Part shown: in pieces, positions 49,809 to 59,437 of the stretch
Layout: each line of letters opens with the position of its first letter
Position numbering within the stretch: the stretch's first letter is position 1
Virus record (IMG/VR): IMGVR_UViG_3300035698_017111
Coordinates: 1 to 64,000 of that record
Reading direction: 5' to 3' (one strand)
Origin: a virus
DNA length: 64,000 nucleotides
The notes under the pieces: model-generated
Told to the model about the DNA's origin: nothing
The model's database searches: none
What the model saw: the letters and a program-made list of their open reading frames with translations, nothing else
Made by a program: the position numbers and the translations under genes

Positions 49809-50750
49809 ATGGGCAATAACGATATCCTCAGAGTATTATTAATAGAGGATGACGAAGAAGATTATGAACTCACGAAAGATCTTGTAAATGAAATTAAAAG
49901 AACAAAAATAGAATTAGATTTTTGTGAGACGTATGATGAGGGTCTTGAAAAAATAAAAAGTGGTGAATACGATGCATATCTTGTTGATTGCAAATTGGGT
50001 TTAGATGACGGACTTGACTTGATTGACGAAGCTAAACTCCACGAATGTAGATCTCCAATAATAATACTCACCGGACAAAGAAATGGCAATATTGATATAA
50101 AGGCACTTAACAGAGGGGCAGATGATTATCTGTCTAAAAGGAATACCGATGCTTCTCTTTTGGAAAAAAGCATTCTGTATTCTATTGAGAAAAAGAAACT
50201 TGAAAGAAAACTAAAAGATAGTCAAACTCTTCTATCGTCCATATTAGACACGACAAAAGTTGGTATGTGTCTTATTGATAAAAATAACAATATTGTAAAA
50301 ACAAATCCAGCATTGTTGTCAATGTTTAATTTAGAAGATGTTTCTATTAATGTCTTTGAAAGTACATTTTTGTTATCAGAACACAACTCTTCACCATTTC
50401 GTAACAAATCTTTGCAAAAAGAACTTCCAGTTGGAAACCCTATAGACCTATCACTATTACATAACGATGGAGAATATGTTGTAAAATGTCTCCTAAATAG
50501 TATTGTAAAAGACTGCACCATTACAATAAGTGATCTTTCTTATGTTAACGGTAGTGTTCAAGAATTTATTCTAATTAATTTTATAGACATTACCAAACAG
50601 AAAAAAACAGAAAAAAGTCTAGTTGATACACAAATAAAACTACAAAGATCTATTGAAAAACATGGCATTAAAACAGAAGATCCAAATGTTATGATGGATT
50701 TGATTGACTTGGAAATCTGTAGGATGCGAGGAGAGTCAAGCTGTGTTTGA
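49809..50750 (+). CDS. Response regulator REC plus PAS, no output domain
   Basis: LLIEDD, LVDCKLG..DG, ILTG, GADDYLSK; PAS-like region ending DITKQK. Confidence 0.85.
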   Translation: MGNNDILRVLLIEDDEEDYELTKDLVNEIKRTKIELDFCETYDEGLEKIKSGEYDAYLVDCKLGLDDGLDLIDEAKLHECRSPIIILTGQRNGNIDIKALNRGADDYLSKRNTDASLLEKSILYSIEKKKLERKLKDSQTLLSSILDTTKVGMCLIDKNNNIVKTNPALLSMFNLEDVSINVFESTFLLSEHNSSPFRNKSLQKELPVGNPIDLSLLHNDGEYVVKCLLNSIVKDCTITISDLSYVNGSVQEFILINFIDITKQKKTEKSLVDTQIKLQRSIEKHGIKTEDPNVMMDLIDLEICRMRGESSCV

Positions 50751-51267
50751 AGAGATCATTACAGTTCTGATTGCTAGTCCACAGGGTGGCGTTGTTATCG
50801 TCTGCCTCATACTAGTCATATCTCTTATAGTGTGGCTTTTCCTTAATTTTATTTTCAAAATCTTTAAATGGGTCTATGAAAAGGACCAGGAAAAAAAACA
50901 GTTTGCGAAGATACAAAAAGATCTAGAAAAACAATTCGGCGACAAATTCAAAGACCTAAAAGAAGACGTAAATAATGATTTTAAAGATCAAGAAGAGAGG
51001 CAAAAGAATAGAATCTCTGATGGAACTGTGTCTAAGGGAGAACTTTTTAATAAATTAGATACATTTAATAAAGAATTGGGGAATATCCGACAAGAATATA
51101 GTGCCAATATGGTTCCTAGAAAAGAATGTCGAGAAGAACAAAAAACAATTAGAGAAGACATTAGAGATGTTGAGAAAACACACAAAACAGACATTGAGAG
51201 ACTCCGAGAAGAAATGGGAGACGTGAAAGCCAGAGTTGGGTCTATGGAAGGTAAAATAGACAACTAA
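50743..51267 (+). CDS. Membrane-anchored coiled-coil protein
   Basis: Hydrophobic VVIVCLILVISLIVWLFLNFIF then a charged helical region; GTG start after GAGGAG. Confidence 0.65.
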   Translation: MFEEIITVLIASPQGGVVIVCLILVISLIVWLFLNFIFKIFKWVYEKDQEKKQFAKIQKDLEKQFGDKFKDLKEDVNNDFKDQEERQKNRISDGTVSKGELFNKLDTFNKELGNIRQEYSANMVPRKECREEQKTIREDIRDVEKTHKTDIERLREEMGDVKARVGSMEGKIDN

Positions 51268-51926
51268 TGAGAACATATACCATACAAGAAGCTGTGCCAC
51301 CCAAGTGGGCTGCTATTAATGATTTGGTCCTCCAGGCAAAAATTGGAGGGAAGGAAGAAGTAAATAACCTATGGAAAATCTATAAATTCGTTTTTGACGA
51401 AATATTTGCTGGTTTTCTTGTAGTATATGAGTTTTTTGGCACTGAGAGAATAGAAATCTATTATCATTTTCGAATGTGGTTTTTAGATTTCGTTACAAGA
51501 TATGATTTTGAAGGGAAGTATGGTTTTGGATACTATCTCAAAAAAGAGATAATTAAAGAAACAAAAGAACATCTTCGTGAACGATATATGCTTTCTGACG
51601 AAATGTTGATCAGAGATGAGATTATAACAGAAACAATTCGTTCTGATACGCCGAACAAAGAGAGGACAGAAGAAAAAAGAGAAATACAAAATGCCCTTAG
51701 GATAATGACTCCAAAGACTAGACAAGCAACTTATTGGCACATTTACAAGGGTTTTAGGTTAAAAGACTGTGCAGAAATAGCAGGAACCAGAGAAGATACT
51801 TTGTCAAGAAAAATTATGGCGGCACGAAAGAAAGTCTTACAGAGTCTGTACGGGATAGAAACAAAAGCAAAGAAACAGAAGAGACGGGAAAAAATATATA
51901 GAATTCCATATACCGCACCCTCCTAA
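51267..51926 (+). CDS. Divergent sigma-70/ECF-like sigma factor
   Basis: Region-2-like FLDFVTRYD..FGYYL; region-4-like AL..MTPK.RQ..KGF.L.D.AE..G....T.S......ARKK. Confidence 0.65.
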   Translation: MRTYTIQEAVPPKWAAINDLVLQAKIGGKEEVNNLWKIYKFVFDEIFAGFLVVYEFFGTERIEIYYHFRMWFLDFVTRYDFEGKYGFGYYLKKEIIKETKEHLRERYMLSDEMLIRDEIITETIRSDTPNKERTEEKREIQNALRIMTPKTRQATYWHIYKGFRLKDCAEIAGTREDTLSRKIMAARKKVLQSLYGIETKAKKQKRREKIYRIPYTAPS

Positions 51927-52162
51927 TGGAGATAAAGATGAGAACAGAAAAGAAAGAGATGCACCCACCCAAACATTTCACACTAGATCCAGATCATCCA
52001 CAAGTTGGTGATAAGGATTGGTTGGGTAAATTCGCTGAATCTATGCTGAAAAAAGCTGCTACTGCCCCATATGGTGTTTACCCACTGGGGGGATTGGACC
52101 CAAACGAAGAGAAAGACTTAAGATGCAGAGATATAAGACAGAAACGTATAATGATCAATTAG
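51926..52162 (+). CDS. Hypothetical protein
   Basis: 78-aa ORF coupled to neighbours. Confidence 0.5.
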   Translation: MEIKMRTEKKEMHPPKHFTLDPDHPQVGDKDWLGKFAESMLKKAATAPYGVYPLGGLDPNEEKDLRCRDIRQKRIMIN

Positions 52163-53193
52163 TCTATTACAAAGAAGGCTATAGATTAGATGCTATGGCA
52201 GAAGCTGGTGATACTGCTGCTATGGGAGAAATAGAAAGACGTAATCAACAAGTTCAACCACAACCAACCGTTAAAACTGCTCCTGTAGAAGAACCAGTTG
52301 CAGAACCAGTTCAAGAACCAGTTCAAGAACCAGTTCAAGAACCAGTTCAAGAAGTAGCACCTACTCCCGAACCAAAAGTCGAAAGTCTGTTTCAGGTCTT
52401 CCAAGGTATTTTGCAAGGAGATCTTCCAAATCTACAGACCGCTATTAATGATTTTTCTAGAGACTACGGTAAAGAGAACAAACAAGTCGTTGATGTATTA
52501 AATGTAGTAATAAGACAACTTACAACAGATCTAAAAGATGTGATTGGCTTTACTGGATTTCGACCTAAAGCAGAAATGACAACCATCAAAGTAGAAGCTG
52601 CTGGTTGGATGGATAATGTTGGAAGATATTTCCGTGGGAAGGGAATTGATAAAAGCCTTGAAGAGCAACAACAAGAGGCCGTGAGTGAACAACAAGAAGC
52701 TGCAGACTACAATGAAATAAATAAACAGCTTTTAAATTTGAGACAGAAAATTGGAGAATATACTGGTCAAGGAAACCCAAGACAGAAGGTAGTTATCCAA
52801 AATTCTATCGATATGCTTGATAGTATTATTCAACAACCAGCACAACCACAACCTCAACAGGGAGTTGCACCAGGGCAACCTATGCAGGGACAACCTGCTC
52901 CGACTCAACCTGCTGAACAAACAGTGGCTCCAGTGGCACAACCAGGTCAAATTGCGGTTCCAGATGCTATTCAAACACTTAGACAATACATGGAACAGAT
53001 AGGTCCTGAGAAAGCAAAACAATATGAAGGTGTTTTTAGTAGAATACAAAAAGATTTCGAAGACATGCAACAAGGCAGGAAACCAGCCGGACCTCCAGTG
53101 TCTGGAAAAGATACATTACAAGAAAACACTCAGTTAGAACCAGTTTTACAAACAGACATAGATACGAAACCGGAATTTTTTTCCGTTAAATAA
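52123..53193 (+). CDS. Pro/Gln-rich hypothetical protein, possibly virion-associated
   Basis: EPVQ repeats, PQ-rich linkers, IKVEA motif. Confidence 0.65.
   Translation: MQRYKTETYNDQLVYYKEGYRLDAMAEAGDTAAMGEIERRNQQVQPQPTVKTAPVEEPVAEPVQEPVQEPVQEPVQEVAPTPEPKVESLFQVFQGILQGDLPNLQTAINDFSRDYGKENKQVVDVLNVVIRQLTTDLKDVIGFTGFRPKAEMTTIKVEAAGWMDNVGRYFRGKGIDKSLEEQQQEAVSEQQEAADYNEINKQLLNLRQKIGEYTGQGNPRQKVVIQNSIDMLDSIIQQPAQPQPQQGVAPGQPMQGQPAPTQPAEQTVAPVAQPGQIAVPDAIQTLRQYMEQIGPEKAKQYEGVFSRIQKDFEDMQQGRKPAGPPVSGKDTLQENTQLEPVLQTDIDTKPEFFSVK
52291..52350 (+). repeat. 12-bp coding tandem repeat (EPVA, then EPVQ x4)
   Basis: GAACCAGTTGCA followed by GAACCAGTTCAA x4. Confidence 0.9.
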
Positions 53194-53204
53194 AGGAGAT
53201 AGAA

Positions 53205-53816
53205 ATGGACATCTACGAAAGCCTTCAAGGTACTGAAAAGATCAAGGTTGAAGCAGAAATAAAACAATTTAAAGCAGCAGCTGCCGATTATGCCGAACAG
53301 GGTTTTGACGCAGATCTAGTAGCCGAACTTCTTGGCATAGACGGATGTTCCAAAGAAGCCGCTGTGGCTCTATCTACTGAATCTGAACAAGATCTTCCGG
53401 CCGGGTATTCTGATGGGTATCCCCCAAAGTCATACAATGACATTAAAGATAAAGTAGAAGTAACCATTAAGGAAGCAAGTATCGATAAATTAAGAGATTA
53501 TTTCGAAAAACTTGCAGATAAAAAGAATCCAAATATTGTAAATCGTATATTAATAGCAAGGGATAATCCTACAAGCTTAATCTTTGGAGAGATTCATAAA
53601 GAAATAGAACCAATCCTTGATGATGTCATCGTTAACAATAGAGCTTGTGTCGCAGCCTTAGAAGTAGAAACCGGAGAGAAAGAAAAGGCTGAAAAGGATC
53701 TTTTTGGTATTTGGCCACCACATCTTCTTGGAGCATATGCTCAAAAAGAGAAAGCTGAGAAGGATTTGTTGGAAAGGTCTAAACCCAAGGAGAAACATGT
53801 CCCATTCTTTCAGTAA
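53205..53816 (+). CDS. Hypothetical protein with N-terminal IKVEA motif
   Basis: 203-aa ORF, AAGGAG RBS. Confidence 0.65.
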   Translation: MDIYESLQGTEKIKVEAEIKQFKAAAADYAEQGFDADLVAELLGIDGCSKEAAVALSTESEQDLPAGYSDGYPPKSYNDIKDKVEVTIKEASIDKLRDYFEKLADKKNPNIVNRILIARDNPTSLIFGEIHKEIEPILDDVIVNNRACVAALEVETGEKEKAEKDLFGIWPPHLLGAYAQKEKAEKDLLERSKPKEKHVPFFQ

Positions 53817-53827
53817 AGGACTAAGTT

Positions 53828-54526
53828 ATGACTGATAATGAAGGGACGACAAAGAAAGAAATAAAAGAGGTTCAAAACGCACTAGAAAAAAGAGATGATG
53901 ATAACAATCAACCGTCAATAGCAATTGATGGAGCTTGTGCCACATGTCCTGTCTGTAAACATCCAGCCTCAAAAAAAGCAAACGAAATCTACTTTGATAA
54001 CAATAAGAACTGGGAATCTGTTTCTTTGTGGTTCAACAATAAGTATAAGAAGACATTTGCTTCTGGAACAATGCAAAAGCATTTCAAGGAGCATGTGGAT
54101 CCTTTTGTTGGACAGTTTATGGTGATGAAAGAAAAGACACTTAAGGAACTTGAGAAAAGAATTGCCAATACAAGTAAGAGTTCCAATAAGATTGCCATGG
54201 TCAAAGAGATGCTCTTTGATATGATTACAGACGTTTACGCATTTAAAACAAAACAACTTTCCACAAAGGAAGATCGGGTAAATTATCAAAGGGATGCTAA
54301 GATGATTACTGATCTTGCTAAGTCGTTTAGAGAATACAATCAAATGGAGTTTGATCTATTGGGATTGGGTAAGACAGAAGAAGAGCAAAAGAATATGATG
54401 AAGAATTATGTTGCTGGTATGTTGAAACAAATTGTTTCTGCATTTGATGATATGCCAGATGCACAAAAGAGATTGTCTGATTTAATGAAGCTCACAAGTA
54501 GAGAGACGGCACCTGGAGAGGAGTAG
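53828..54526 (+). CDS. Putative terminase small subunit
   Basis: CPVC..HF..H N-terminus, helical C-terminus, immediately upstream of the large subunit. Confidence 0.55.
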   Translation: MTDNEGTTKKEIKEVQNALEKRDDDNNQPSIAIDGACATCPVCKHPASKKANEIYFDNNKNWESVSLWFNNKYKKTFASGTMQKHFKEHVDPFVGQFMVMKEKTLKELEKRIANTSKSSNKIAMVKEMLFDMITDVYAFKTKQLSTKEDRVNYQRDAKMITDLAKSFREYNQMEFDLLGLGKTEEEQKNMMKNYVAGMLKQIVSAFDDMPDAQKRLSDLMKLTSRETAPGEE

Positions 54527-54527
54527 G

Positions 54528-56273
54528 ATGGCACGTAAAACAAAAGAGCCTGTGTTTGATCTTGACGACATCTTTCAAGATGCTGTCAAGACAGTAAAGG
54601 GAGACATTGCCCTCAAGACAGGCAAACCGATGGATATTATCACGTTTGCCACCGATATGTTAAAGCAAACGTTGTATCCCACACAGAAAGTAATGCTTAA
54701 GTGTTTTTACGCCGGTACCAGATTTCATGAAGATGTTTATATTACAGAAGAGGAATGGGATTTAATTAAATCTTGGGAAATTCCACAAAGCTGGATATTT
54801 AATGGAGAGAACAGTAAACAAAAAGTACTCGATAGACATAGGGATAGTGAAAATCCCGAAGATTACTTTAGGGATCTTGTTCTTATTCTTGGACGACGTA
54901 GTGGTAAATCTTACCTAAGTGCCTTGATTGCTGTCTATGAGGCATATAAACTTCTTACATTCCCACATCCACAAGATTTCTATAAAATTGACTCTGACAT
55001 ATACATAGTCAACACTGCTATTACTGGCGATCAGGCAGAAACTATTATTTTCCAGACAATTCGTGGATTCATATACAAAGCTCCATGTTTCGAAGGTAGA
55101 ATCAAAGAAGCTAAAGAATATGGTGTCCCAACAATTAGACTAAGTTCCGACTATGACCTAGAACTTAAACAAAAAGTAAAAGAAGAATCTGGTAAAGATC
55201 TTGCGGGATCTATTGTTCTTCGTAGTGGTAACTCCAACTCCCCCGCACTTCGTGGTAAAGCAGCAGTTATGGTCATTTATGATGAGATGGCTCACTATGT
55301 CGATACTGCTGGTAAATCATCTGCTGATGAAGTATATGCAGCCCTTTCTCCATCAACCCTAACGTTTAGAGACAAGGGTGACGGTAGGAATGTTGTTATT
55401 TCATCTCCATTTATGCCACATGGATTTTTCTATAGACACTATATGAGTGCAAAAACAGTTAATAGTATGTTGATTTTTCAGGTACCAACATGGGATGCCA
55501 ATCCAAAACACCCTAAAAGAATGATTGAAGATGATTTAAAGAAAGATTTTGAAAAGGCAAATGCTGAGTATGGTGCCAGGTTTCGTCGTACTGCTTCTAA
55601 TGTATATTTTCCACCAGCCAAAGTAGAAGAAGCTATGATAAGAAGGGAAAATTGGTTTAGAAAAGACACAGGATGGCCTGGATATGAGTATTACATGCAT
55701 ATCGACCCAGCTAAAAACTCAGATAATTGGGCCATAATGATAGGACATCCCGAATACAGGTTTGACCAGACTTCTGGCCAGAAACTACTATACATAGTTG
55801 AAGATTATTCTTATTTCTTTGTTCCTCCACCTGGTGATTTCCTTGATCCAGACGAGATAATGGATGATTTTATTCTTCCTCTTTTTGATAAGTTTAATAT
55901 TGTCTCGTGTACATCTGATCAGATGTTTAGTCTTGAGCAAAGAAAGAAACTAAAGAAAAAAAGTATATATTTTAGAGAGATACCATATAACGGAAGCAAA
56001 AAAAACGAAATATATGATACCACAAGGGATTTCTTTATCAACGGTAGAATAGAATTGTGTAACGATGATGCAGAGCTAGCGGGAGAATTAAAGAATATTA
56101 CGGTGGATTATACAAGAACTCCACCGAGAATAAAGAAGAATTCAGAGAGTGACGAATTCTCCAACGATGACATGGTGGATTGTTTAGGTGGTATTATAAT
56201 TTCCATCATGTCGGGAGCTACTGGAAGAACAAGATTGCCAAGGATAGTAACTGTCCATACTGGAAGACGCTAA
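54528..56273 (+). CDS. terL: Terminase large subunit
   Basis: LYPTQ, LGRRSGKS, LRGK..YDEMAH, ISSP, PTWDANP, EYGARF, HIDPA, NDDMVD. Confidence 0.88.
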   Translation: MARKTKEPVFDLDDIFQDAVKTVKGDIALKTGKPMDIITFATDMLKQTLYPTQKVMLKCFYAGTRFHEDVYITEEEWDLIKSWEIPQSWIFNGENSKQKVLDRHRDSENPEDYFRDLVLILGRRSGKSYLSALIAVYEAYKLLTFPHPQDFYKIDSDIYIVNTAITGDQAETIIFQTIRGFIYKAPCFEGRIKEAKEYGVPTIRLSSDYDLELKQKVKEESGKDLAGSIVLRSGNSNSPALRGKAAVMVIYDEMAHYVDTAGKSSADEVYAALSPSTLTFRDKGDGRNVVISSPFMPHGFFYRHYMSAKTVNSMLIFQVPTWDANPKHPKRMIEDDLKKDFEKANAEYGARFRRTASNVYFPPAKVEEAMIRRENWFRKDTGWPGYEYYMHIDPAKNSDNWAIMIGHPEYRFDQTSGQKLLYIVEDYSYFFVPPPGDFLDPDEIMDDFILPLFDKFNIVSCTSDQMFSLEQRKKLKKKSIYFREIPYNGSKKNEIYDTTRDFFINGRIELCNDDAELAGELKNITVDYTRTPPRIKKNSESDEFSNDDMVDCLGGIIISIMSGATGRTRLPRIVTVHTGRR

Positions 56274-56289
56274 CCCTCAGGAGAACAAA

Positions 56290-56712
56290 ATGAAATTTAA
56301 TGACAACACAATCAATATTAAGATATCATCAACCGAAGAGTCTGTCTCTAAGACGATAGAAGAGCTTCTTGAATTGAACACTAAAATCCCGCAGAGACAG
56401 GATGAGGTTCAGCGTATTACAGAAAGCCAATTTGAAAAGGAGGACTATGAAAATAAGGACTCCAGAGGTGAAGTTGAAGAGGTTACCGAAAAACAATTTG
56501 GCGATAGAAAAGAGTCGTCTAGCGATATCTTGGAGATCAAATTGGAAAATACAGATGCTACTAAAGGTGGACATAATCCAGAGGCATGGGATAAGGATGA
56601 TCAGGAAGTTAGAGGGCATAAAAACGTAGCCCCAATTTGGCATGAAGTATACAAGAAAGAAGATGATAGGAAAAAATTAGACAAAGGTCAATTAGATAGG
56701 AAAAAACAATAA
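56290..56712 (+). CDS. Hypothetical charged protein
   Basis: 140-aa ORF with AGGAG RBS; internal ITESQF/VTEKQF repeats. Confidence 0.55.
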   Translation: MKFNDNTINIKISSTEESVSKTIEELLELNTKIPQRQDEVQRITESQFEKEDYENKDSRGEVEEVTEKQFGDRKESSSDILEIKLENTDATKGGHNPEAWDKDDQEVRGHKNVAPIWHEVYKKEDDRKKLDKGQLDRKKQ

Positions 56713-56716
56713 CAAT

Positions 56717-56929
56717 ATGATCACAATAAAAGAACCATTTCTTAGCGATTGGGATAACTTCAAACTAGCTGAGGTTCAGAATGGCGAGAGATGTGTTACC
56801 TGTGATGAGGGCATGTACGATTTGCCAGTATTTGGTCGCCCAACAGAATGCTACAATTGTAGAATCGACAATCTCGAAAAAAAGGTTAAGAAAGACATAG
56901 ATAGGAAAAAATGGTTAAAAAAGAGATAG
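56717..56929 (+). CDS. Small zinc-finger protein
   Basis: CVTC...CYNC. Confidence 0.5.
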   Translation: MITIKEPFLSDWDNFKLAEVQNGERCVTCDEGMYDLPVFGRPTECYNCRIDNLEKKVKKDIDRKKWLKKR

Positions 56930-56942
56930 AGAGGAAAAAATA

Positions 56943-57446
56943 ATGATTAAAAAAACAATTTTACTATCAGTATTACTTGTAACCATGCTTTTTGCTGGAT
57001 CATGCAGTATGATCGGAGATACTTTAACGAATTTCGAACTTGTCGTTCCAAGTGAGGACTATCAGACAAAAGTTAGACCACTTGTTGACATTCTTGTTGT
57101 TGTGTATGGTGAAGAGTTGACGGCAGAGCAAAAGGGAGTGTTGGGTAAGTTTATTGCAGAACTCGACAAACAGGCATTGGAAAACGACGAAGTTGACGTT
57201 CTATACGCTCTTTTAGCCCTCGCATCGCCAATTCTACTCGATAAAGAATTTGATGAGATCATAGATCCGTCAGAGGCTCGAATCGGTTTGATTGGATTAG
57301 ACCTCTTGGATAGCTCGTTTAGTTCGAATGATAATCCATATGTCGCATTGATTCTATCCAACGTTCGACTATTACTGGAAAAAGCTGGTCAGATTGAAGC
57401 TCCGGCCGAACCTGCAGGAACGTTCCAGATTCTCTTGTACGAATAG
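56943..57446 (+). CDS. Putative lipoprotein
   Basis: MIKK, hydrophobic stretch, FAGSC lipobox-like Cys. Confidence 0.65.
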   Translation: MIKKTILLSVLLVTMLFAGSCSMIGDTLTNFELVVPSEDYQTKVRPLVDILVVVYGEELTAEQKGVLGKFIAELDKQALENDEVDVLYALLALASPILLDKEFDEIIDPSEARIGLIGLDLLDSSFSSNDNPYVALILSNVRLLLEKAGQIEAPAEPAGTFQILLYE

Positions 57447-57463
57447 TTGAATAGGAGTAGAGG

Positions 57464-58543
57464 ATGTCTTGGAAATACCGCAAAGCCTCACCATTTGGAA
57501 GAGATCCATTTGGAGAAGGAGAACTCTCGGACAAGGTTCGAGTAGACCCATTCGGCAATTCAGGTGGTGAAGTTCATCATGGTCTTTTTGAACCAAGTTC
57601 TGGTGCACATCATCCAAACGATCCATTTAGTGAAGACGATAAGGTACCGACTGTTGAAGAACGTCTTAAGAATAAGAAGAATAAGAAAAAAAGGAGACAT
57701 GTGTCTCCACGTATAAAACGAGACAAATTTCGTGTTAGTTCGTTTGGTAAAAAGTATGCACAGTGGGGAGAAGTTGGTCCTAAGATGCCCATATGGGAAC
57801 GAAGTAATTGGGTCTCAGACACATACAAAGATATTGTTAATCAAGAAAAATCATCTGCACCTGCTGCACCCGCTGCACCAACAGAACAAGAACAACCCGC
57901 TCCCAATGAACAACCAGAAGCAAACCCGGTAAACACCGTTCTGGATGCCACTGTGACCATCCAATCAGTATTGGGAGAAGTCTCTGAAATTGGGAGCGGT
58001 TTTTTCATTGCTGAAAATATTGTTTTAACATGTGCCCATGTGGCTCTTCCTGGTGGACAGGAAGGACAGACACCGCAGATCAGTGTTAAGCACGGAGAAA
58101 AAGACTATACGGGATCTTTGTGGGCTTATGATATGTCCATAGATGCTGCAATTTTAGTAGTAGATGATCCTAGTTTCCAATCCAGTAATTTCCTGTCTCT
58201 TGGTAACTCCAGTGAAACTCAAATAGGTGAAGAGATCATTGTTATTGGAACTCCACTTGGGTTTGAGAATGTTGTTGGTAAGGGTATTGTATCAAGTGCT
58301 CCTATAAATTACACAGAAGGACAGGACGATAAGTCTTATATTTTTATATCATCCAGTATTTCACCAGGGAATAGTGGTGGTCCAGTAGCAAGAACAGCAG
58401 ATTCAGCAATTATCGGAATTGCAGCAGCAGTAATCAGTGATGCGGACTCTGGCGGAGCTGGTGGTTTAAATGCTGCAGTCCCAATCGATAAGGTTAAGCC
58501 ATTTTTAGAACAAAATGGTGTAAAATTCGGATTTAAACAGTAG
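57464..58543 (+). CDS. Trypsin-like (S1/HtrA-type) serine protease with long N-terminal extension, no PDZ
   Basis: GSGFF, LTCAHV, DAAIL, IGTPLG, ISPGNSGGP. Confidence 0.9.
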   Translation: MSWKYRKASPFGRDPFGEGELSDKVRVDPFGNSGGEVHHGLFEPSSGAHHPNDPFSEDDKVPTVEERLKNKKNKKKRRHVSPRIKRDKFRVSSFGKKYAQWGEVGPKMPIWERSNWVSDTYKDIVNQEKSSAPAAPAAPTEQEQPAPNEQPEANPVNTVLDATVTIQSVLGEVSEIGSGFFIAENIVLTCAHVALPGGQEGQTPQISVKHGEKDYTGSLWAYDMSIDAAILVVDDPSFQSSNFLSLGNSSETQIGEEIIVIGTPLGFENVVGKGIVSSAPINYTEGQDDKSYIFISSSISPGNSGGPVARTADSAIIGIAAAVISDADSGGAGGLNAAVPIDKVKPFLEQNGVKFGFKQ

Positions 58544-58551
58544 GCAACAAT

Positions 58552-59358
58552 ATGTTGTACGATCTTCTTAAAAAAGCTTTCTTTCTGTCCAGAGAACAAA
58601 AGAACTATCTCTCAGATAATTGGGATGGTATCGTTGCTATTTTGAAAGAAGACAATGAGGTTCAGGCAAGAAGAATACGTAGAACTCGTCCTCGCAAAAA
58701 GATAAAAGAAAATCCTGAAGAAAAAAACATGGAAGCAGATACGAAATGTGACCCAGATTCTGATTGGTACGAACCATACAAAGACAGAGCATACCAAACA
58801 GATCCATTCAATCACACATCGTTTGGCGGATCAGAAGATAGAGTTGTGTTGGCTGGTAAGCTGTACGATCCAGAAACACCAGAACAGATGTTAGAGGTTC
58901 TTGGCCTTATGGAGAAGTTTCTTGGAGAAGAGGGTGAGCTTTGTTATGATAGTCTTTCTTTGTTTCTCCATCCACTTCAGAGAGGATCTAAAAAACTTGT
59001 TCTTCGGCCACATAAATTAGTTGGACTTACCAGAAGATTAGAAAATCTATGCCGAAAATACTCTAGGAACAAATCAATGTTAGAACCATTGTGCGATCCA
59101 GATGAAATTAAACAAAGTTTCAGAGATAACGTGTCCACCATTAAAGAACGTCTAGTTGGGCAAAAGGTAGAAGGAAGTTCGGCCAAAATAAAAGTTGAGG
59201 CTCAAATAGACAATCCAGACGTAATTCAAAATGTTTCTCGTTTACTTGGCCAGGGTTGGTCTGAGGAAAGTGTCAGGGGGACTCTGTTGAGTGCTGGTTT
59301 TGGATATTCTGAAGAAGAAATTGATCATTTACTGAAAATGGCTGCAGCTTTAGCTTGA
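58552..59358 (+). CDS. Hypothetical protein with IKVEA motif near the C-terminus
   Basis: 268-aa ORF in operon. Confidence 0.6.
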   Translation: MLYDLLKKAFFLSREQKNYLSDNWDGIVAILKEDNEVQARRIRRTRPRKKIKENPEEKNMEADTKCDPDSDWYEPYKDRAYQTDPFNHTSFGGSEDRVVLAGKLYDPETPEQMLEVLGLMEKFLGEEGELCYDSLSLFLHPLQRGSKKLVLRPHKLVGLTRRLENLCRKYSRNKSMLEPLCDPDEIKQSFRDNVSTIKERLVGQKVEGSSAKIKVEAQIDNPDVIQNVSRLLGQGWSEESVRGTLLSAGFGYSEEEIDHLLKMAAALA

Positions 59359-59362
59359 GAGC

Positions 59363-59390
59363 TTGACAAACTGTTTTGAATATAGATAAT
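59363..59390 (+). promoter_or_regulatory. Sigma70-type promoter
   Basis: TTGACA-N16-GATAAT upstream of the HEXXH-DUF1257-DUF2997 genes. Confidence 0.55.
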
Positions 59391-59393
59391 GGA

Positions 59394-59420
59394 GAGGTAA
59401 CCCTTGGGTCGCCTCTTTTT
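59394..59420 (+). terminator. Intrinsic-terminator-like hairpin
   Basis: GAGGTAACCC-tt-GGGTCGCCTC followed by TTTTT. Confidence 0.55.
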
Positions 59421-59437
59421 ATTTTGGTGATCTAAGA

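Noticed and set aside
50743-51267. Firm holin or spanin call (with the lipoprotein at 56943..57446)
   Set aside because: Only a TM helix and coiled coil are visible; no endolysin nearby and the two genes are not adjacent.
52291-52350. Tandem repeat as CRISPR array or iterons
   Set aside because: 12-bp in-frame units without spacers, encoding EPVQ.
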